DNA from: a virus
Taxonomy: Duplodnaviria; Caudoviricetes
Strand: one strand, 5' to 3'
IMG/VR virus record: IMGVR_UViG_3300020577_006545
Coordinates: 1-64,000 of that record
DNA length: 64,000 nucleotides
Positions 9,848-19,668 of this stretch are shown here, piece after piece (position 1 is the first letter of the stretch; every line of letters starts with the position of its first letter). Made by a program: the position numbers and the translations under genes. The notes below the pieces were generated by a model that saw only the letters and a list, made by a program, of their open reading frames with translations, was not told the DNA's origin and did no database searches.

Positions 9848-10963
9848 ATGGATACATACTACTCAAAAAACAAGATAGTTCCACAGAGCATAGAACTTGA
9901 AAAAGTAAACTGGTTTAAAATGGCGTCTTCAAAAGATGCAATATTGCATTTGACTGGTGTATTCCAATTTGATTTATACCACGAAGCTGACAAAAATCTA
10001 TGGTTAAAGTATTTTGAAGTACTAAAACAAAAAACTGTATTAGGAACAGGTGCTGTTGGAATGGGTGATGAAGCATTTGCGGCAAGAGAAGCGTGGGTAA
10101 AAAATAAGATACAAAACTACGATCCTAATTCCGTTTTCTATCGTCAAATTCCTATTGATATGGTCGAATCACCTATTGCACATTTTTACAATGAAATAGT
10201 TGGAGAGATGAAATTAAAAAAGAATTATATATATCCATTATTGAGAGACAAAGGTTATTTTGCTCCGTTGTCAATTTTCACTGATGAACTATTCTTAAAA
10301 GTTGATGAAACATCATACCAAGTTGAAATCACAGAAATCCCATATGAATATTCAATGAAGAAGATTTTTCGTGTTAAATTCAATATGACATTTGATATTG
10401 GCAAATACATTGAATATATGATTGTAACCAAGATGGCAAAATTTAAACTTGATATCTTTCCAGTATTTCGTTTTAGAGTTTTGTATTTTCAAAACTTCCC
10501 AACATTTCTTAATCTTGATAAAACAAACTTCTTCAACTGGTTAAACAACCATATGCTTGATATTATGAGAAGGAACCCAAAAATACTTAAATATTGTTTT
10601 GAAAAAACAAAAGTAAGATTGGATTTGGTTCAAAGACTACATATTAAAACTGACCCGTTCTCAAAAGAATTTATAGTGACTACTGATGACTACCTTAATT
10701 TTGTTATTCAATTGGTAAAAGGGCAGGTGAACTTTGGTAGCGGATACTCGTATTTCACTATACAACAAATAGATAAGAACTTGATAAACACAAGAAGGAA
10801 TGAATTAAAAAGTAATTTCTTTGCCTTTATAATGTTCTTTTTGATTTACAGAAACGTGTATCAGGGTAAACTATTTAAAAGAACTTTAACATCTGAACAA
10901 TATGTAAATGAAGTTTACAAACTAATCAAAAGCGGGATGGTTCTTAAACTATTAGGATTTTAA
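9848..10963 (+). CDS. Hypothetical protein
   Basis: 371 aa ORF, no motif recognised. Confidence 0.65.
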   Translation: MDTYYSKNKIVPQSIELEKVNWFKMASSKDAILHLTGVFQFDLYHEADKNLWLKYFEVLKQKTVLGTGAVGMGDEAFAAREAWVKNKIQNYDPNSVFYRQIPIDMVESPIAHFYNEIVGEMKLKKNYIYPLLRDKGYFAPLSIFTDELFLKVDETSYQVEITEIPYEYSMKKIFRVKFNMTFDIGKYIEYMIVTKMAKFKLDIFPVFRFRVLYFQNFPTFLNLDKTNFFNWLNNHMLDIMRRNPKILKYCFEKTKVRLDLVQRLHIKTDPFSKEFIVTTDDYLNFVIQLVKGQVNFGSGYSYFTIQQIDKNLINTRRNELKSNFFAFIMFFLIYRNVYQGKLFKRTLTSEQYVNEVYKLIKSGMVLKLLGF

Positions 10964-10966
10964 TCT

Positions 10967-11257
10967 ATGCCAGACCAACCAAAAAAATTTAAACCTATAC
11001 TAGACGGTGATGATGCGCCTCCAAAGCCTTTTGTTGAGCCAAAGCCTGTTCAAACAACTACACCGACAGTTCCGCCAATTCAACCTGTAGTGCCTGTTAA
11101 ACTAGAGCCAACTCCTGATCCAAAACCAACAGTGCCACCACAAGTTATTAAAAAAGAGAAACACTACACAACAGCAATCACCCTAGAAGATGAACATATT
11201 ACAAAAATAAATATTAAATTACCTGTGGATTACCCACCTAAATATTTTAAACCTTAG
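10967..11257 (+). CDS. Pro-rich hypothetical protein
   Basis: 96 aa, PxP repeats. Confidence 0.55.
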   Translation: MPDQPKKFKPILDGDDAPPKPFVEPKPVQTTTPTVPPIQPVVPVKLEPTPDPKPTVPPQVIKKEKHYTTAITLEDEHITKINIKLPVDYPPKYFKP

Positions 11258-11396
11258 TTTTCAGGTATCTTTCATTTTCAAGGTCTGCTAGTTTTTTAAT
11301 CTGTTGTTCTACTAGCAACGCATCCACTTTCTTATTGTCAATTTGCTTTCTTATTTGACGGTCAAGTTCCTCTCTTAAAATTTGTTTTTCGTCCAT
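11247..11396 (-). CDS. Small coiled-coil protein (not in ORF track)
   Basis: MDEKQILREELDRQIRKQ...KTKV*, 49 aa, preceded by TTGATT-16-TATAAT-6-ATG. Confidence 0.55.
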   Translation of the reverse strand: MDEKQILREELDRQIRKQIDNKKVDALLVEQQIKKLADLENERYLKTKV

Positions 11397-11470
11397 TAAG
11401 CCATTATAAACTAATTCTTTTATAAATCAAATAATGGCTTGTTTTTTTTGATAATTTACAAACTATCCCA

Positions 11471-12193
11471 CTAATCTTTTAAATATTTCCAAATATAACC
11501 ATAAGCACTTTTTCTTCTACCTCTTGCACAACCTATAATTCCATTTTTACTATTTTGTGACAAACTTAAATAAGAGACTGCTTCATTTATGTAATTGAAT
11601 TCTCTGATAAAGTTATTATCCAAATCATATTGATATATCTTTCTTGCTTTTGGGTTATTTACACCATTACTTCTTAAGCGTAATTTCTTATTAGTTTCTT
11701 CTTCGTTCATTCGTATTTTTAAAGTACGACTTAATTTTAATTTTATTTTTTTTGCTTTTTGAACACCATATTGTTCTTCAAGAGTTTTATTTTTTTTAAT
11801 ACTATTATCTATACTCGCTTTATCAGCGATGTTTGTTAAAGTTCCTTTTTTGTCACATATTCTACCAATTGACTTTATAACATTTTCTTCATATTCGTTT
11901 AAATCGTTTCTATTATTTGAAAAATAAATTTTTTGTATAATTGGAAATTGGTCAAGTTGTTCGTGTATTTCTGTTATTTTTCTACATTTAATTGGATTTG
12001 ATTTCCATTCAATCAATGTTCTATTGCATTTAGGAGATGTTATTATTGATAAATGGTGTTTATGTCTATTCTTAGTTCCTTGCCCAACATAAAATGGTTG
12101 ATATAAAAAACATATATCAAGTCCGTCATAAAAAAATTTTCCAGATTTTCTTTGATCTAAATAAATATAAATAAACGATTGTTGAAGACGCAT
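11471..12193 (-). CDS. GIY-YIG-like homing endonuclease with NUMOD1/IENR1 C-terminal DNA-binding domain
   Basis: YIYIYLD..FYVGQG..R; C-term RKIYQYDLDNNFIREFNYINEA..I..CARG..KSAYGYIWKY. Confidence 0.8.
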   Translation of the reverse strand: MRLQQSFIYIYLDQRKSGKFFYDGLDICFLYQPFYVGQGTKNRHKHHLSIITSPKCNRTLIEWKSNPIKCRKITEIHEQLDQFPIIQKIYFSNNRNDLNEYEENVIKSIGRICDKKGTLTNIADKASIDNSIKKNKTLEEQYGVQKAKKIKLKLSRTLKIRMNEEETNKKLRLRSNGVNNPKARKIYQYDLDNNFIREFNYINEAVSYLSLSQNSKNGIIGCARGRRKSAYGYIWKYLKD

Positions 12194-12234
12194 AATTATA
12201 CCTTAGAAGACACGAAGAAAATAGCGATAAATTT

Positions 12235-12765
12235 TTAAACGCTACCAGTAAATCTATCAACTGCATTTATTATCTGCGCTCTATTAATCATCATATCAAT
12301 TTCCTGTTCTGAGTAAACTCCTTTAAATCTTTCCATTAATTTGTCTTTTGGTTCTATCATAATAGGTTGAATTTTTTCTTCTTTTGGAGGTTTTGGTGGC
12401 ATGTTATATCTATTAAGTGTATCAACATTTACATTTCTTTGCTGAATGATATTTTCATTTTGCTCATCTAATTTTTTTGCTTCATCAATTAATCCTCTCA
12501 TAAGGTCTGCTTGTTGTTTAGCATTGTCCTCTTCAAAATACAATACTAATTGCCCTTTAGGGTTCATAAGAACACCAACAAGAACTTTACCAAAAAGTTC
12601 TTTAAAACCAGTATCGCTTGTATATTTCTTCCTATTTTCTGAGTTCCTACCACTTATTGCGTAAACTACTTGTTGTGCGCTATCGGTTGTGAAAGGATCT
12701 TTATCGTAGTTTATAATTACTTTTGTTGTAGTGTCTTTTGTTCTTAGAATTTCTTCGTTATCCAT
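12235..12765 (-). CDS. Hypothetical protein
   Basis: 176 aa ORF. Confidence 0.6.
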   Translation of the reverse strand: MDNEEILRTKDTTTKVIINYDKDPFTTDSAQQVVYAISGRNSENRKKYTSDTGFKELFGKVLVGVLMNPKGQLVLYFEEDNAKQQADLMRGLIDEAKKLDEQNENIIQQRNVNVDTLNRYNMPPKPPKEEKIQPIMIEPKDKLMERFKGVYSEQEIDMMINRAQIINAVDRFTGSV

Positions 12766-12785
12766 ATAAGTAACTTTTTAAAGAC

Positions 12786-12816
12786 AAAAAAAGAGCAGGA
12801 GTTTTATCTCCTGCTC
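12786..12816 (-). terminator. Rho-independent terminator
   Basis: GAGCAGGAG/CTCCTGCTC 9-bp stem followed by T-run on minus strand (T-run also on plus). Confidence 0.8.
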
Positions 12817-12977
12817 CTTCTTTTTTTCTTTGATGATGCTTTAAACATCACCCCCTTTTTCTTTATTTTTTTCCTACTAACTTTTTGTGGTTCTTCGATA
12901 GAGAACCTGTAAAAAGGAAAACTTTTATACTGGACGACAACTGGAATTAGAAGTATTAATACATAAATGACAATCAT

Positions 12978-13172
12978 TTATTTCCAACCTTCTTTTCCAT
13001 TGCCGAGTCTCCCCGCTGGGACACTTACACCTCCAAGTGTATTCAATAATTTCTTCATACTGCTTTCTTCACAGAATTTACAGTAAAAACTTTCTGGCCA
13101 TTCTTGGCCGTGTGGTTTGTCATATTCTTTTTTAGAACCACAATGCTCACATTGATAAGTACCAATATTCAT
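12978..13172 (-). CDS. FmdB-like zinc-ribbon protein
   Basis: YQCEHCG...CKFC..MKKLL. Confidence 0.65.
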   Translation of the reverse strand: MNIGTYQCEHCGSKKEYDKPHGQEWPESFYCKFCEESSMKKLLNTLGGVSVPAGRLGNGKEGWK

Positions 13173-13178
13173 ATATTA

Positions 13179-13871
13179 TTAACTTATCCCAAACGCCTCC
13201 AATGAATATTTAAATCTGCCATCTTCATCAATAATTTTATACATAATCTCTGCACAATCATTAATCTCGCCTTGAGCGTCCGGTTTCTTTCTTAAAGAAA
13301 GAAAATTATATACTGCTTGAAATGATGCCGTCCAATAAAATTCTGTATAAATTGATAACGGCAAGATCATTCTTGCTTGTTCTTTAGCAACACCAATCTC
13401 TAATAATTTCTTATAAGTTGAGAACATTTCATTCATTAGATCGTCATATAATCTATTTGCCTCATCTTGTTTTTCTATAAGACCTTCGCTTGCTTGCTTA
13501 TTATTCTTACTTTGGGCACGCCATTCTGACGGTTTGAAAAATTCATCTTTAAGTTCAACATATCTTTGACTTATTTCATTCCATGCGTGATCTTTAGTAG
13601 CGTGTGTGGAAGTAGTTTCAATTCCAACCACATGCTTATACCATTGTCTTGCTATAAACTCTGGAATTTTAATTCTGAACTGTAACACAGAATGTCTAAA
13701 AGGTGAGTAATGTTTATTTTTAGCTAAAAATTTTATTAGCTTAATGTCACCTTCATCTAATTCTGTTTTTCTATTGCCAAATGAAACTCTTGCAGAATTA
13801 ACTACGGTTAGATCAGACCCTAACACATCAATTAATTCTATTTCTCCATGATTAAAAATTTTATGGATCAT
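13179..13871 (-). CDS. thyX: FAD-dependent thymidylate synthase
   Basis: DLTVVNSARVSF, HYSPFRH, ARQWYKH..WNEISQRY, GVAKEQARMILP, LSLR..DAQGEI; likely start MIHKIF at 13871. Confidence 0.95.
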   Translation of the reverse strand: MIHKIFNHGEIELIDVLGSDLTVVNSARVSFGNRKTELDEGDIKLIKFLAKNKHYSPFRHSVLQFRIKIPEFIARQWYKHVVGIETTSTHATKDHAWNEISQRYVELKDEFFKPSEWRAQSKNNKQASEGLIEKQDEANRLYDDLMNEMFSTYKKLLEIGVAKEQARMILPLSIYTEFYWTASFQAVYNFLSLRKKPDAQGEINDCAEIMYKIIDEDGRFKYSLEAFGIS

Positions 13872-13872
13872 T

Positions 13873-14100
13873 TTAATACCTGTCCTTATATGGAAAATTA
13901 CATACATCAGTTATGTTGTAATATGGATCGTTCTCTTTTTCTTCTTCTGTTATCTTATAAACTATATTAAAATTAGAAAAATCGTCCGCTATTTCCAATA
14001 GCATTCCTTCTAATTCACTATCTGTTGCGCTCATAACATGAGATAGAATAGCTTGTTGCGCTACCTGTCTCGTAATATTTTTAGTGCTTCTTACTCCCAC
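13873..14100 (-). CDS. Hypothetical protein
   Basis: 75 aa ORF in operon. Confidence 0.55.
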   Translation of the reverse strand: MGVRSTKNITRQVAQQAILSHVMSATDSELEGMLLEIADDFSNFNIVYKITEEEKENDPYYNITDVCNFPYKDRY

Positions 14101-14428
14101 TCTTCTTTCCTTTTTTTATTGGTTCAAAAACCAAATAATACTTTTTTATTTCTGTTGGAATAATTTCTTTCGTTTGAATTATCCCCAAAAATTTTCCTTC
14201 CTTAATATCTCTTGATTGAACTCTCTCCATTTCAAGTCTAACATCCCATCCACTTTTCTTAAATAATGGGATTGAGTTTTTTATTCCTTCTTCAAGGTCT
14301 TTTGGCCATTCAACAAGAATTCTTGCTCCTTCGTTTGTTTGAACCCATTCATCAAACAATCTTTTGATTTCTTCAACTCCTTCTCTAATTCTTTTACGCT
14401 CTATTTCCGCAGGTGTCAGTATTTTCAT
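14081..14428 (-). CDS. Hypothetical protein
   Basis: 115 aa ORF. Confidence 0.55.
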   Translation of the reverse strand: MKILTPAEIERKRIREGVEEIKRLFDEWVQTNEGARILVEWPKDLEEGIKNSIPLFKKSGWDVRLEMERVQSRDIKEGKFLGIIQTKEIIPTEIKKYYLVFEPIKKGKKSGSKKH

Positions 14429-14429
14429 T

Positions 14430-14957
14430 TTAGTCCCACCATAATTTTAACCAATCTTGGCCATCTATTTTAACAAACCTTATCTCGTCAGCCCTTCTAC
14501 AATCAAAGAAACTTTTTGCAATATCGTGAGTTCTTTTGTAATAGAATGTAGCATCGTTAATTAGTTCCACCATCTTTATTATATATGCTGTTTTTGTTTT
14601 AAATTTAAAGTATAATGCTCTGTCTGCACATCTCTTATCTGTCCAGCCTACAAACATATCTTTTACAAATGGATAATGTTTTTTAAAGTGTTGTTTCAGT
14701 GCAACATCAACTCTAACAATCTCATACATTTCATTTTCATCTTTAAATGTAGATTTATCAATATATGCATAATTTCTTACTAAACGCTTTGCTTCCGCAA
14801 GTGCTTGCAGTCTATCTTTTTCTGCTTTTTCTCTTTCAAGTTTCTCAAGTTCTGCTTTTTGCTTTTCTAACTTTCTAATCTTATCTACTAACTTATTCTT
14901 ATGAACTTGAACCTGCATTTTATCTTCAAGGTTTATCACCTTCATTTTCGTTCTCAT
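14430..14957 (-). CDS. Hypothetical protein with N-terminal coiled coil
   Basis: 175 aa ORF. Confidence 0.55.
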   Translation of the reverse strand: MRTKMKVINLEDKMQVQVHKNKLVDKIRKLEKQKAELEKLEREKAEKDRLQALAEAKRLVRNYAYIDKSTFKDENEMYEIVRVDVALKQHFKKHYPFVKDMFVGWTDKRCADRALYFKFKTKTAYIIKMVELINDATFYYKRTHDIAKSFFDCRRADEIRFVKIDGQDWLKLWWD

Positions 14958-14988
14958 ACATCAATGGTATCACTTATGATACATAAAG

Positions 14989-15342
14989 TCAAATAAGTTC
15001 TTTGATCTTTTTTTGTTCTTCAAGCATTATTAATCGTTCAAGGTTATTAAATAATTCTTCAAATGTGTCTTCGTCAAATAAAATCATTCCCTTACCATGA
15101 AATTCACCTATCTCAAATGTTGCACGGAAATATATGATCTTTTCTTCTGGAATGCGTTTGATAAAATCTATTGTGAAACATTTGCCATATTTCTTAACCA
15201 AATTATCATACATAAAAAGAACTTCCTCTTTTGATATTTTTTGTAAGAATGGCTTAAACTCTTTTATATTAACCTTATTCTTGTCATTGAACACTCTCTT
15301 CTTTGTAAAGAGATGCTGTATTTCTGTTGGTAAAGATTTCAT
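14989..15342 (-). CDS. Hypothetical protein
   Basis: 117 aa ORF. Confidence 0.55.
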   Translation of the reverse strand: MKSLPTEIQHLFTKKRVFNDKNKVNIKEFKPFLQKISKEEVLFMYDNLVKKYGKCFTIDFIKRIPEEKIIYFRATFEIGEFHGKGMILFDEDTFEELFNNLERLIMLEEQKKIKELI

Positions 15343-15419
15343 CTGAATTTATCTTTATCAGATAAAGCGAATTTAACTCTCTTAAATGCTATCTTTTACT
15401 TCTTTCGTGTAACTTTACA

Positions 15420-15839
15420 CTACACAAACATCATTTTAGCAAACAATGCAATACCAATGAATACGAATATAGAAAGACCAGCAAACATAGAAAAAATGAA
15501 AATCTGAACCGCTAGATCATACATCTTTTGCGGTGTTTTGATTGGCCAAAAGAATTTATACAGGTATTGTTTAGCCCATTTGTTCATATCTTCGTATTTC
15601 CATACTATTACAGATAATAGCAAAGATAAAACTGTTGACACGTAAAATGATGCAATTGACTCACGTCCCAATGAAAGTATCGGCATGATCCATAACCAAC
15701 CAATTACTATTGGGCGTATTAAAAATTTATATTTTGGAAGTCTATTAAGTAATTTAGTAAATGTTTTGTCTACTTTATCTACTTTACTGGTTTTGCCAGT
15801 ATCTTTAATAGTTTCCTTCTTATTTTTTTTAGAAAACAT
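15420..15839 (-). CDS. Membrane protein (3 TM)
   Basis: Three hydrophobic segments. Confidence 0.6.
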   Translation of the reverse strand: MFSKKNKKETIKDTGKTSKVDKVDKTFTKLLNRLPKYKFLIRPIVIGWLWIMPILSLGRESIASFYVSTVLSLLLSVIVWKYEDMNKWAKQYLYKFFWPIKTPQKMYDLAVQIFIFSMFAGLSIFVFIGIALFAKMMFV

Positions 15840-15850
15840 ACTCTACTAAC

Positions 15851-15894
15851 TTTAAAAAATGAGGTTACAATTTCTCATAACCTCATTTTTTAAA
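15851..15894. terminator. Bidirectional terminator-like hairpin after nrdJ
   Basis: 17-bp perfect inverted repeat TTTAAAAAATGAGGTTA/TAACCTCATTTTTTAAA. Confidence 0.75.
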
Positions 15895-15903
15895 TTTATA
15901 TAA

Positions 15904-18366
15904 TTAGCACTTTGAATATCCGCAACCGGAACAACGCAGACACCCTTCTTGGTACACAAGTTTGTCTTCACCACAGTTAGAACAAGTCTTACCATTTGCT
16001 GTCCCGTCTTTAACATAAGATTTCAATACTCTTGAAATTACTTTATTGAAAGAAAACAATGTATCATTATCAATTTTCTGTAATTGCTCAACGATATATT
16101 GAATTGGAATACCATGTCTTAAACTAAGCGAGATCAGTCTTGCGTGTGCGGCATAGTTCTCATTTTTAAAGTGGGAAACAATATCTTTATACACAATTTC
16201 GTCATCCTGATCTTTATTGAAATAAAGATCATACTTTGATTTTGTTCCAATCTTTCTTTTTACAATAGAACCGAATTTCAAATTCTTTGGTGGCAGAATA
16301 TTATCATCAAGTCCTGTGAATACTTCGTATGGACGCCCATCAAGAAGTGACACAAAACATACCCATTGTCCACCCTCCATTTTTGTTTTATGAATTTCAC
16401 ATTCAAGAATTGGTGGTCTTTTTGGAGCGTGACTATCTTTTATTGAATAATCGTTTGATTTTGTTTCAGAGGAAATAAGAACACCTGTTCTACTTTCATC
16501 ACGATAAACTGTAAAGCCTTTACAACCTTTTTCCCACGCTCTCATATAAACTTGCGCTACAAGTTCTTTAGTCGCAGTCTTTGGAAGATTGCAAGTTTTA
16601 GAAATTGCATGACAAATCCATTTTTGTGCAGACGCCTGCAAATCCACTGATTTCATCCAATCTACATCGTTTGATGATGCACCATGATAAGGTGATTTAG
16701 AAACATCTTTTTCACCTGTTACTTCCATCCATTTTTTAACACCGTGATGATAAATAGTAAACTCCTGCCACTTATCACCAAGTGCATCAATGAAATCTAC
16801 TTTGACATCTTTATCGTTCGGATTAATTTTCTTTCTTCTAACATAAGATGGAAGATAAACTGGTTCAATACCAGATGTAGTTTGTGTCATAATAGATACA
16901 GAACCAGTTGGTGCTGTAGTAGTCAACGCAATATTTCTTCTACCGTATTGTTTGTATAATTTATGTAATTCTTCATCCTGTTCCATTACTCTTTTAATAA
17001 ACGGATGGTTTTTTTCCATATCATAATTATAAACAGGAAACGCTCCTCTATCTCTTGCGAGAATACAAGTTTGTGTGTAAGCGGCAATTGCGAGATTTCT
17101 ATAAATCTCTTCTGTCATTTCAACACTTTGGTCGCTACCATATTTAATATTTAATGCCGCTAAGGTATCGCCAAGAGCAGTGATACCAAGTCCTGTTCTT
17201 CGTCCGCCTTCACAGGCTTTACGAATACTATTCCATAATAGTAATTCAGTCCTTTTTGTTTCTTCGTTTTCTGGATCATCTTTAATCTTCTCAAGTATTT
17301 TGTCAATTTGTTCAATCTCAAGATCAATCATATCGTCCATAAGTTTTTGAGCAACCATTACGACTTCTTTATATTTCACATAATCAAATCTAGCGTTATT
17401 TGTAAATGGATCAATTACAAAACTCAATAGATTAACAACAAGTAGTCTACAGCTATCGTAATTAGACAATACAATTTCACCACAAGGATTTGTAGATGTA
17501 CTTCTATAACCAAATTCGTGATAAATGTCCGATGGTGTATACTTTAAAGCAGTATCCCAAAACAAAAGACCTGGTTCTGCTGATTTCCATGCCGCTTCAA
17601 TGATTTCGTCCCAAAGTGCTTTAGCAGACACTTTGTCTTTAATAGAATGTTTCACATTCTTTTCAACCGGAAATCTTAATTCAACATCTGTTTCATTTTT
17701 AACGGCTTCCATAAATTCGTCAGTAAGACGGATTGATATGTTTGCGCCTGTTACTTTTTTCAGGTCTTCTTTAATGTGAATAAAAGTTCTGATTTCTGGA
17801 TGATGCACAGAGATCGTCAACATTAATGCACCACGGCGTCCACCCTGAGCTACCTCACGGCAAGTATTTGAAAATCTTTCCATGAATAAACCGATGCCAT
17901 CTGTTGTTTTAGCGGCATTCGCAGTTATCGCGCCTCTTGGACGAATTGTAGAAATATCAAATCCTACACCGCCTCTCCTTTTCATAATCTGCGCTTCTTC
18001 TTGATCTGTCCTCATAATACCAGAATAACTATCCTCTGGCGGAGTGATAACAAAACAGTTAGACGCTGACTGCACTTGAAAATTATTTCCAATAGCATTC
18101 ATTGGAGAACCTTGAGGAACTATGTATTTAAAATTTTTGAAATAGTTATATATACTTTCTTCATCAAAAGCAAAAGCATATTTCGCTTCTATTCTTGCGA
18201 ATTCTTTTGCAAGTCGTCTGTGCATTTTATCTGGAGTATCCTCATAATAATTTCCTTCTCTATCTTGGAGAGAATATTTGTCAACGAATGTCTTCGCCGC
18301 CATATCATCCCCATTAAAATATTCTAGTGATTTATTATAAACTTCTTCGTATGTATACTTCTTCAT
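15904..18366 (-). CDS. nrdJ: Class II (adenosylcobalamin-dependent) ribonucleotide reductase
   Basis: PQGSPM, SNCFV, STNPCGEI, TAPTGSVS, C-terminal zinc ribbon CSNCG..EGCLRCSGCGYSKC; no beta subunit nearby. Confidence 0.92.
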   Translation of the reverse strand: MKKYTYEEVYNKSLEYFNGDDMAAKTFVDKYSLQDREGNYYEDTPDKMHRRLAKEFARIEAKYAFAFDEESIYNYFKNFKYIVPQGSPMNAIGNNFQVQSASNCFVITPPEDSYSGIMRTDQEEAQIMKRRGGVGFDISTIRPRGAITANAAKTTDGIGLFMERFSNTCREVAQGGRRGALMLTISVHHPEIRTFIHIKEDLKKVTGANISIRLTDEFMEAVKNETDVELRFPVEKNVKHSIKDKVSAKALWDEIIEAAWKSAEPGLLFWDTALKYTPSDIYHEFGYRSTSTNPCGEIVLSNYDSCRLLVVNLLSFVIDPFTNNARFDYVKYKEVVMVAQKLMDDMIDLEIEQIDKILEKIKDDPENEETKRTELLLWNSIRKACEGGRRTGLGITALGDTLAALNIKYGSDQSVEMTEEIYRNLAIAAYTQTCILARDRGAFPVYNYDMEKNHPFIKRVMEQDEELHKLYKQYGRRNIALTTTAPTGSVSIMTQTTSGIEPVYLPSYVRRKKINPNDKDVKVDFIDALGDKWQEFTIYHHGVKKWMEVTGEKDVSKSPYHGASSNDVDWMKSVDLQASAQKWICHAISKTCNLPKTATKELVAQVYMRAWEKGCKGFTVYRDESRTGVLISSETKSNDYSIKDSHAPKRPPILECEIHKTKMEGGQWVCFVSLLDGRPYEVFTGLDDNILPPKNLKFGSIVKRKIGTKSKYDLYFNKDQDDEIVYKDIVSHFKNENYAAHARLISLSLRHGIPIQYIVEQLQKIDNDTLFSFNKVISRVLKSYVKDGTANGKTCSNCGEDKLVYQEGCLRCSGCGYSKC

Positions 18367-18374
18367 AGTTTTCC

Positions 18375-19106
18375 TCAGATTAGAAACTCAAACGTGACGT
18401 TCAAGAGTTCCTTTAACTTTCCACCTTTATTCAGTTCATTGTAGTGTTTTACATACACATCAATGGAATTATTTTGATTTTTTATCTTCAAAAATTTTGC
18501 AAACTTTAGTGTTTCTTCGTTGAGAAACAAAAGATATGGACTAATTATACCAAGTTTTAACATAACAATCCAGTCTGGATATTCCTTTCCTAAGTGATTT
18601 ATGTGAAAAAATTGTTTATGATAATCTTCTTCTTGATTTATATTATTATCATTTAAAAAGATTTCAATATTATGTTTTGTCTTATTGAAATTTTCAATGA
18701 ATAGTTCTTTATCAGGATCGTCACAAACCAATGTCTTAATGTATTCACTATAGAAGTGAAGATTAGTTTTTTTGTTTATGAAAGCGCACTCTGGTTTTGA
18801 TACAATAACCTTCTTACCGTCTGCATACATTGAATGAAAATAAAATCCAGGGAGCAGGTCGTGTGCCTTTGCAAGTTTAGTAAATTTATGCAAATGCTCA
18901 AAGTTAACACTCTTCTCTGGAGACTTCCTTGAGATGATTACTCTTGGCTCACCAGTTTGATAAAACTTAACTCTTTCGTATATAATACCAACATTCTTAA
19001 CCATTTCAATCTCTTCTGGAGAATGATGTTTAACTGGCTTTTCTATTTTCTTCGCTACTGTTTTCTTAGTAGTTTTTTTAGCGTTTTTTTTTACTGGTTT
19101 TTTCAT
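18375..19106 (-). CDS. Hypothetical protein
   Basis: 243 aa, Lys-rich N-terminus. Confidence 0.6.
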   Translation of the reverse strand: MKKPVKKNAKKTTKKTVAKKIEKPVKHHSPEEIEMVKNVGIIYERVKFYQTGEPRVIISRKSPEKSVNFEHLHKFTKLAKAHDLLPGFYFHSMYADGKKVIVSKPECAFINKKTNLHFYSEYIKTLVCDDPDKELFIENFNKTKHNIEIFLNDNNINQEEDYHKQFFHINHLGKEYPDWIVMLKLGIISPYLLFLNEETLKFAKFLKIKNQNNSIDVYVKHYNELNKGGKLKELLNVTFEFLI

Positions 19107-19372
19107 TCGTTACTACCCTCTATCAACAATCTATATTTTTCAATTAATTCTGGTTTCCATTCTTGAATGTAATCTTTTCCTTTGTGAAAAAGGACATTGC
19201 TTCTACTTTCAATTTTGATCTCATATTTTTCGTGTAATAACCCCTCATTTAAAATGAAGAACTCGTTCTTTCTTAACATCAAATCAAGTATTTGTTCTTC
19301 ACTATATGTGAGAAGTTCTGTTTCTGGAATTACTTTCGCCAATTCTCTTCTAATGTATTCTTTATCACTCAT
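19103..19372 (-). CDS. KY[KR]LL-domain family protein
   Basis: TYSEEQIL...WKPELIEKYRLLIE. Confidence 0.65.
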   Translation of the reverse strand: MSDKEYIRRELAKVIPETELLTYSEEQILDLMLRKNEFFILNEGLLHEKYEIKIESRSNVLFHKGKDYIQEWKPELIEKYRLLIEGSNE

Positions 19373-19616
19373 ATGAAAGCACTGACACTGCTTCCACTTT
19401 GTTTTTCAAAACTTCAGTGTTCCCTGGGACAATATTAACCTGAAATGTTTCCAGTGAAAGGCACATGACATCTGTTTTATTTAGTTTTAACTCAACTGCT
19501 CCAATTGCAGTTGGAGCCTTTACTCTAACGAAAACTTCACCTTCATGTTCAAAGGTTCCACCAACGTCAATTGCACTTGCTGGCACACCAGCCGATTTCT
19601 TATTTAATGTAAACAA
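19365..19616 (-). CDS. Small beta-rich hypothetical phage protein
   Basis: 83 aa, TTG start after GGAGG. Confidence 0.6.
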   Translation of the reverse strand: MFTLNKKSAGVPASAIDVGGTFEHEGEVFVRVKAPTAIGAVELKLNKTDVMCLSLETFQVNIVPGNTEVLKNKVEAVSVLSYE

Positions 19617-19639
19617 AATATTCTTTCCTCCGAGTACAC

Positions 19640-19668
19640 ATATTACCGTACAGTTTATAACAAGTCAA
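19640..19668 (-). promoter_or_regulatory. sigma70 promoter overlapping the dnaE-N stop codon
   Basis: TTGACT-17-TAATAT; the -35 box includes the TGA. Confidence 0.6.

Noticed and set aside
11440-12240. Ghost terminus for the GIY-YIG at 11471 (RFTGSV* vs KISGIV)
   Set aside because: Similarity too short and weak to support.
15904-18366. Intein or intron in nrdJ, thyX or ligase
   Set aside because: Lengths and motif spacing are continuous; no HINT motifs seen.
19365-19667. TGA read-through or recoding fusing dnaE-N to the next ORF (same frame, no stop in the 16 intervening codons)
   Set aside because: The downstream ORF lacks PDIDxD and has its own promoter and GGAGG. Many genes end in TGA and TAG, so there is no sign of an alternative genetic code; a same-frame neighbour is a 1-in-3 chance.
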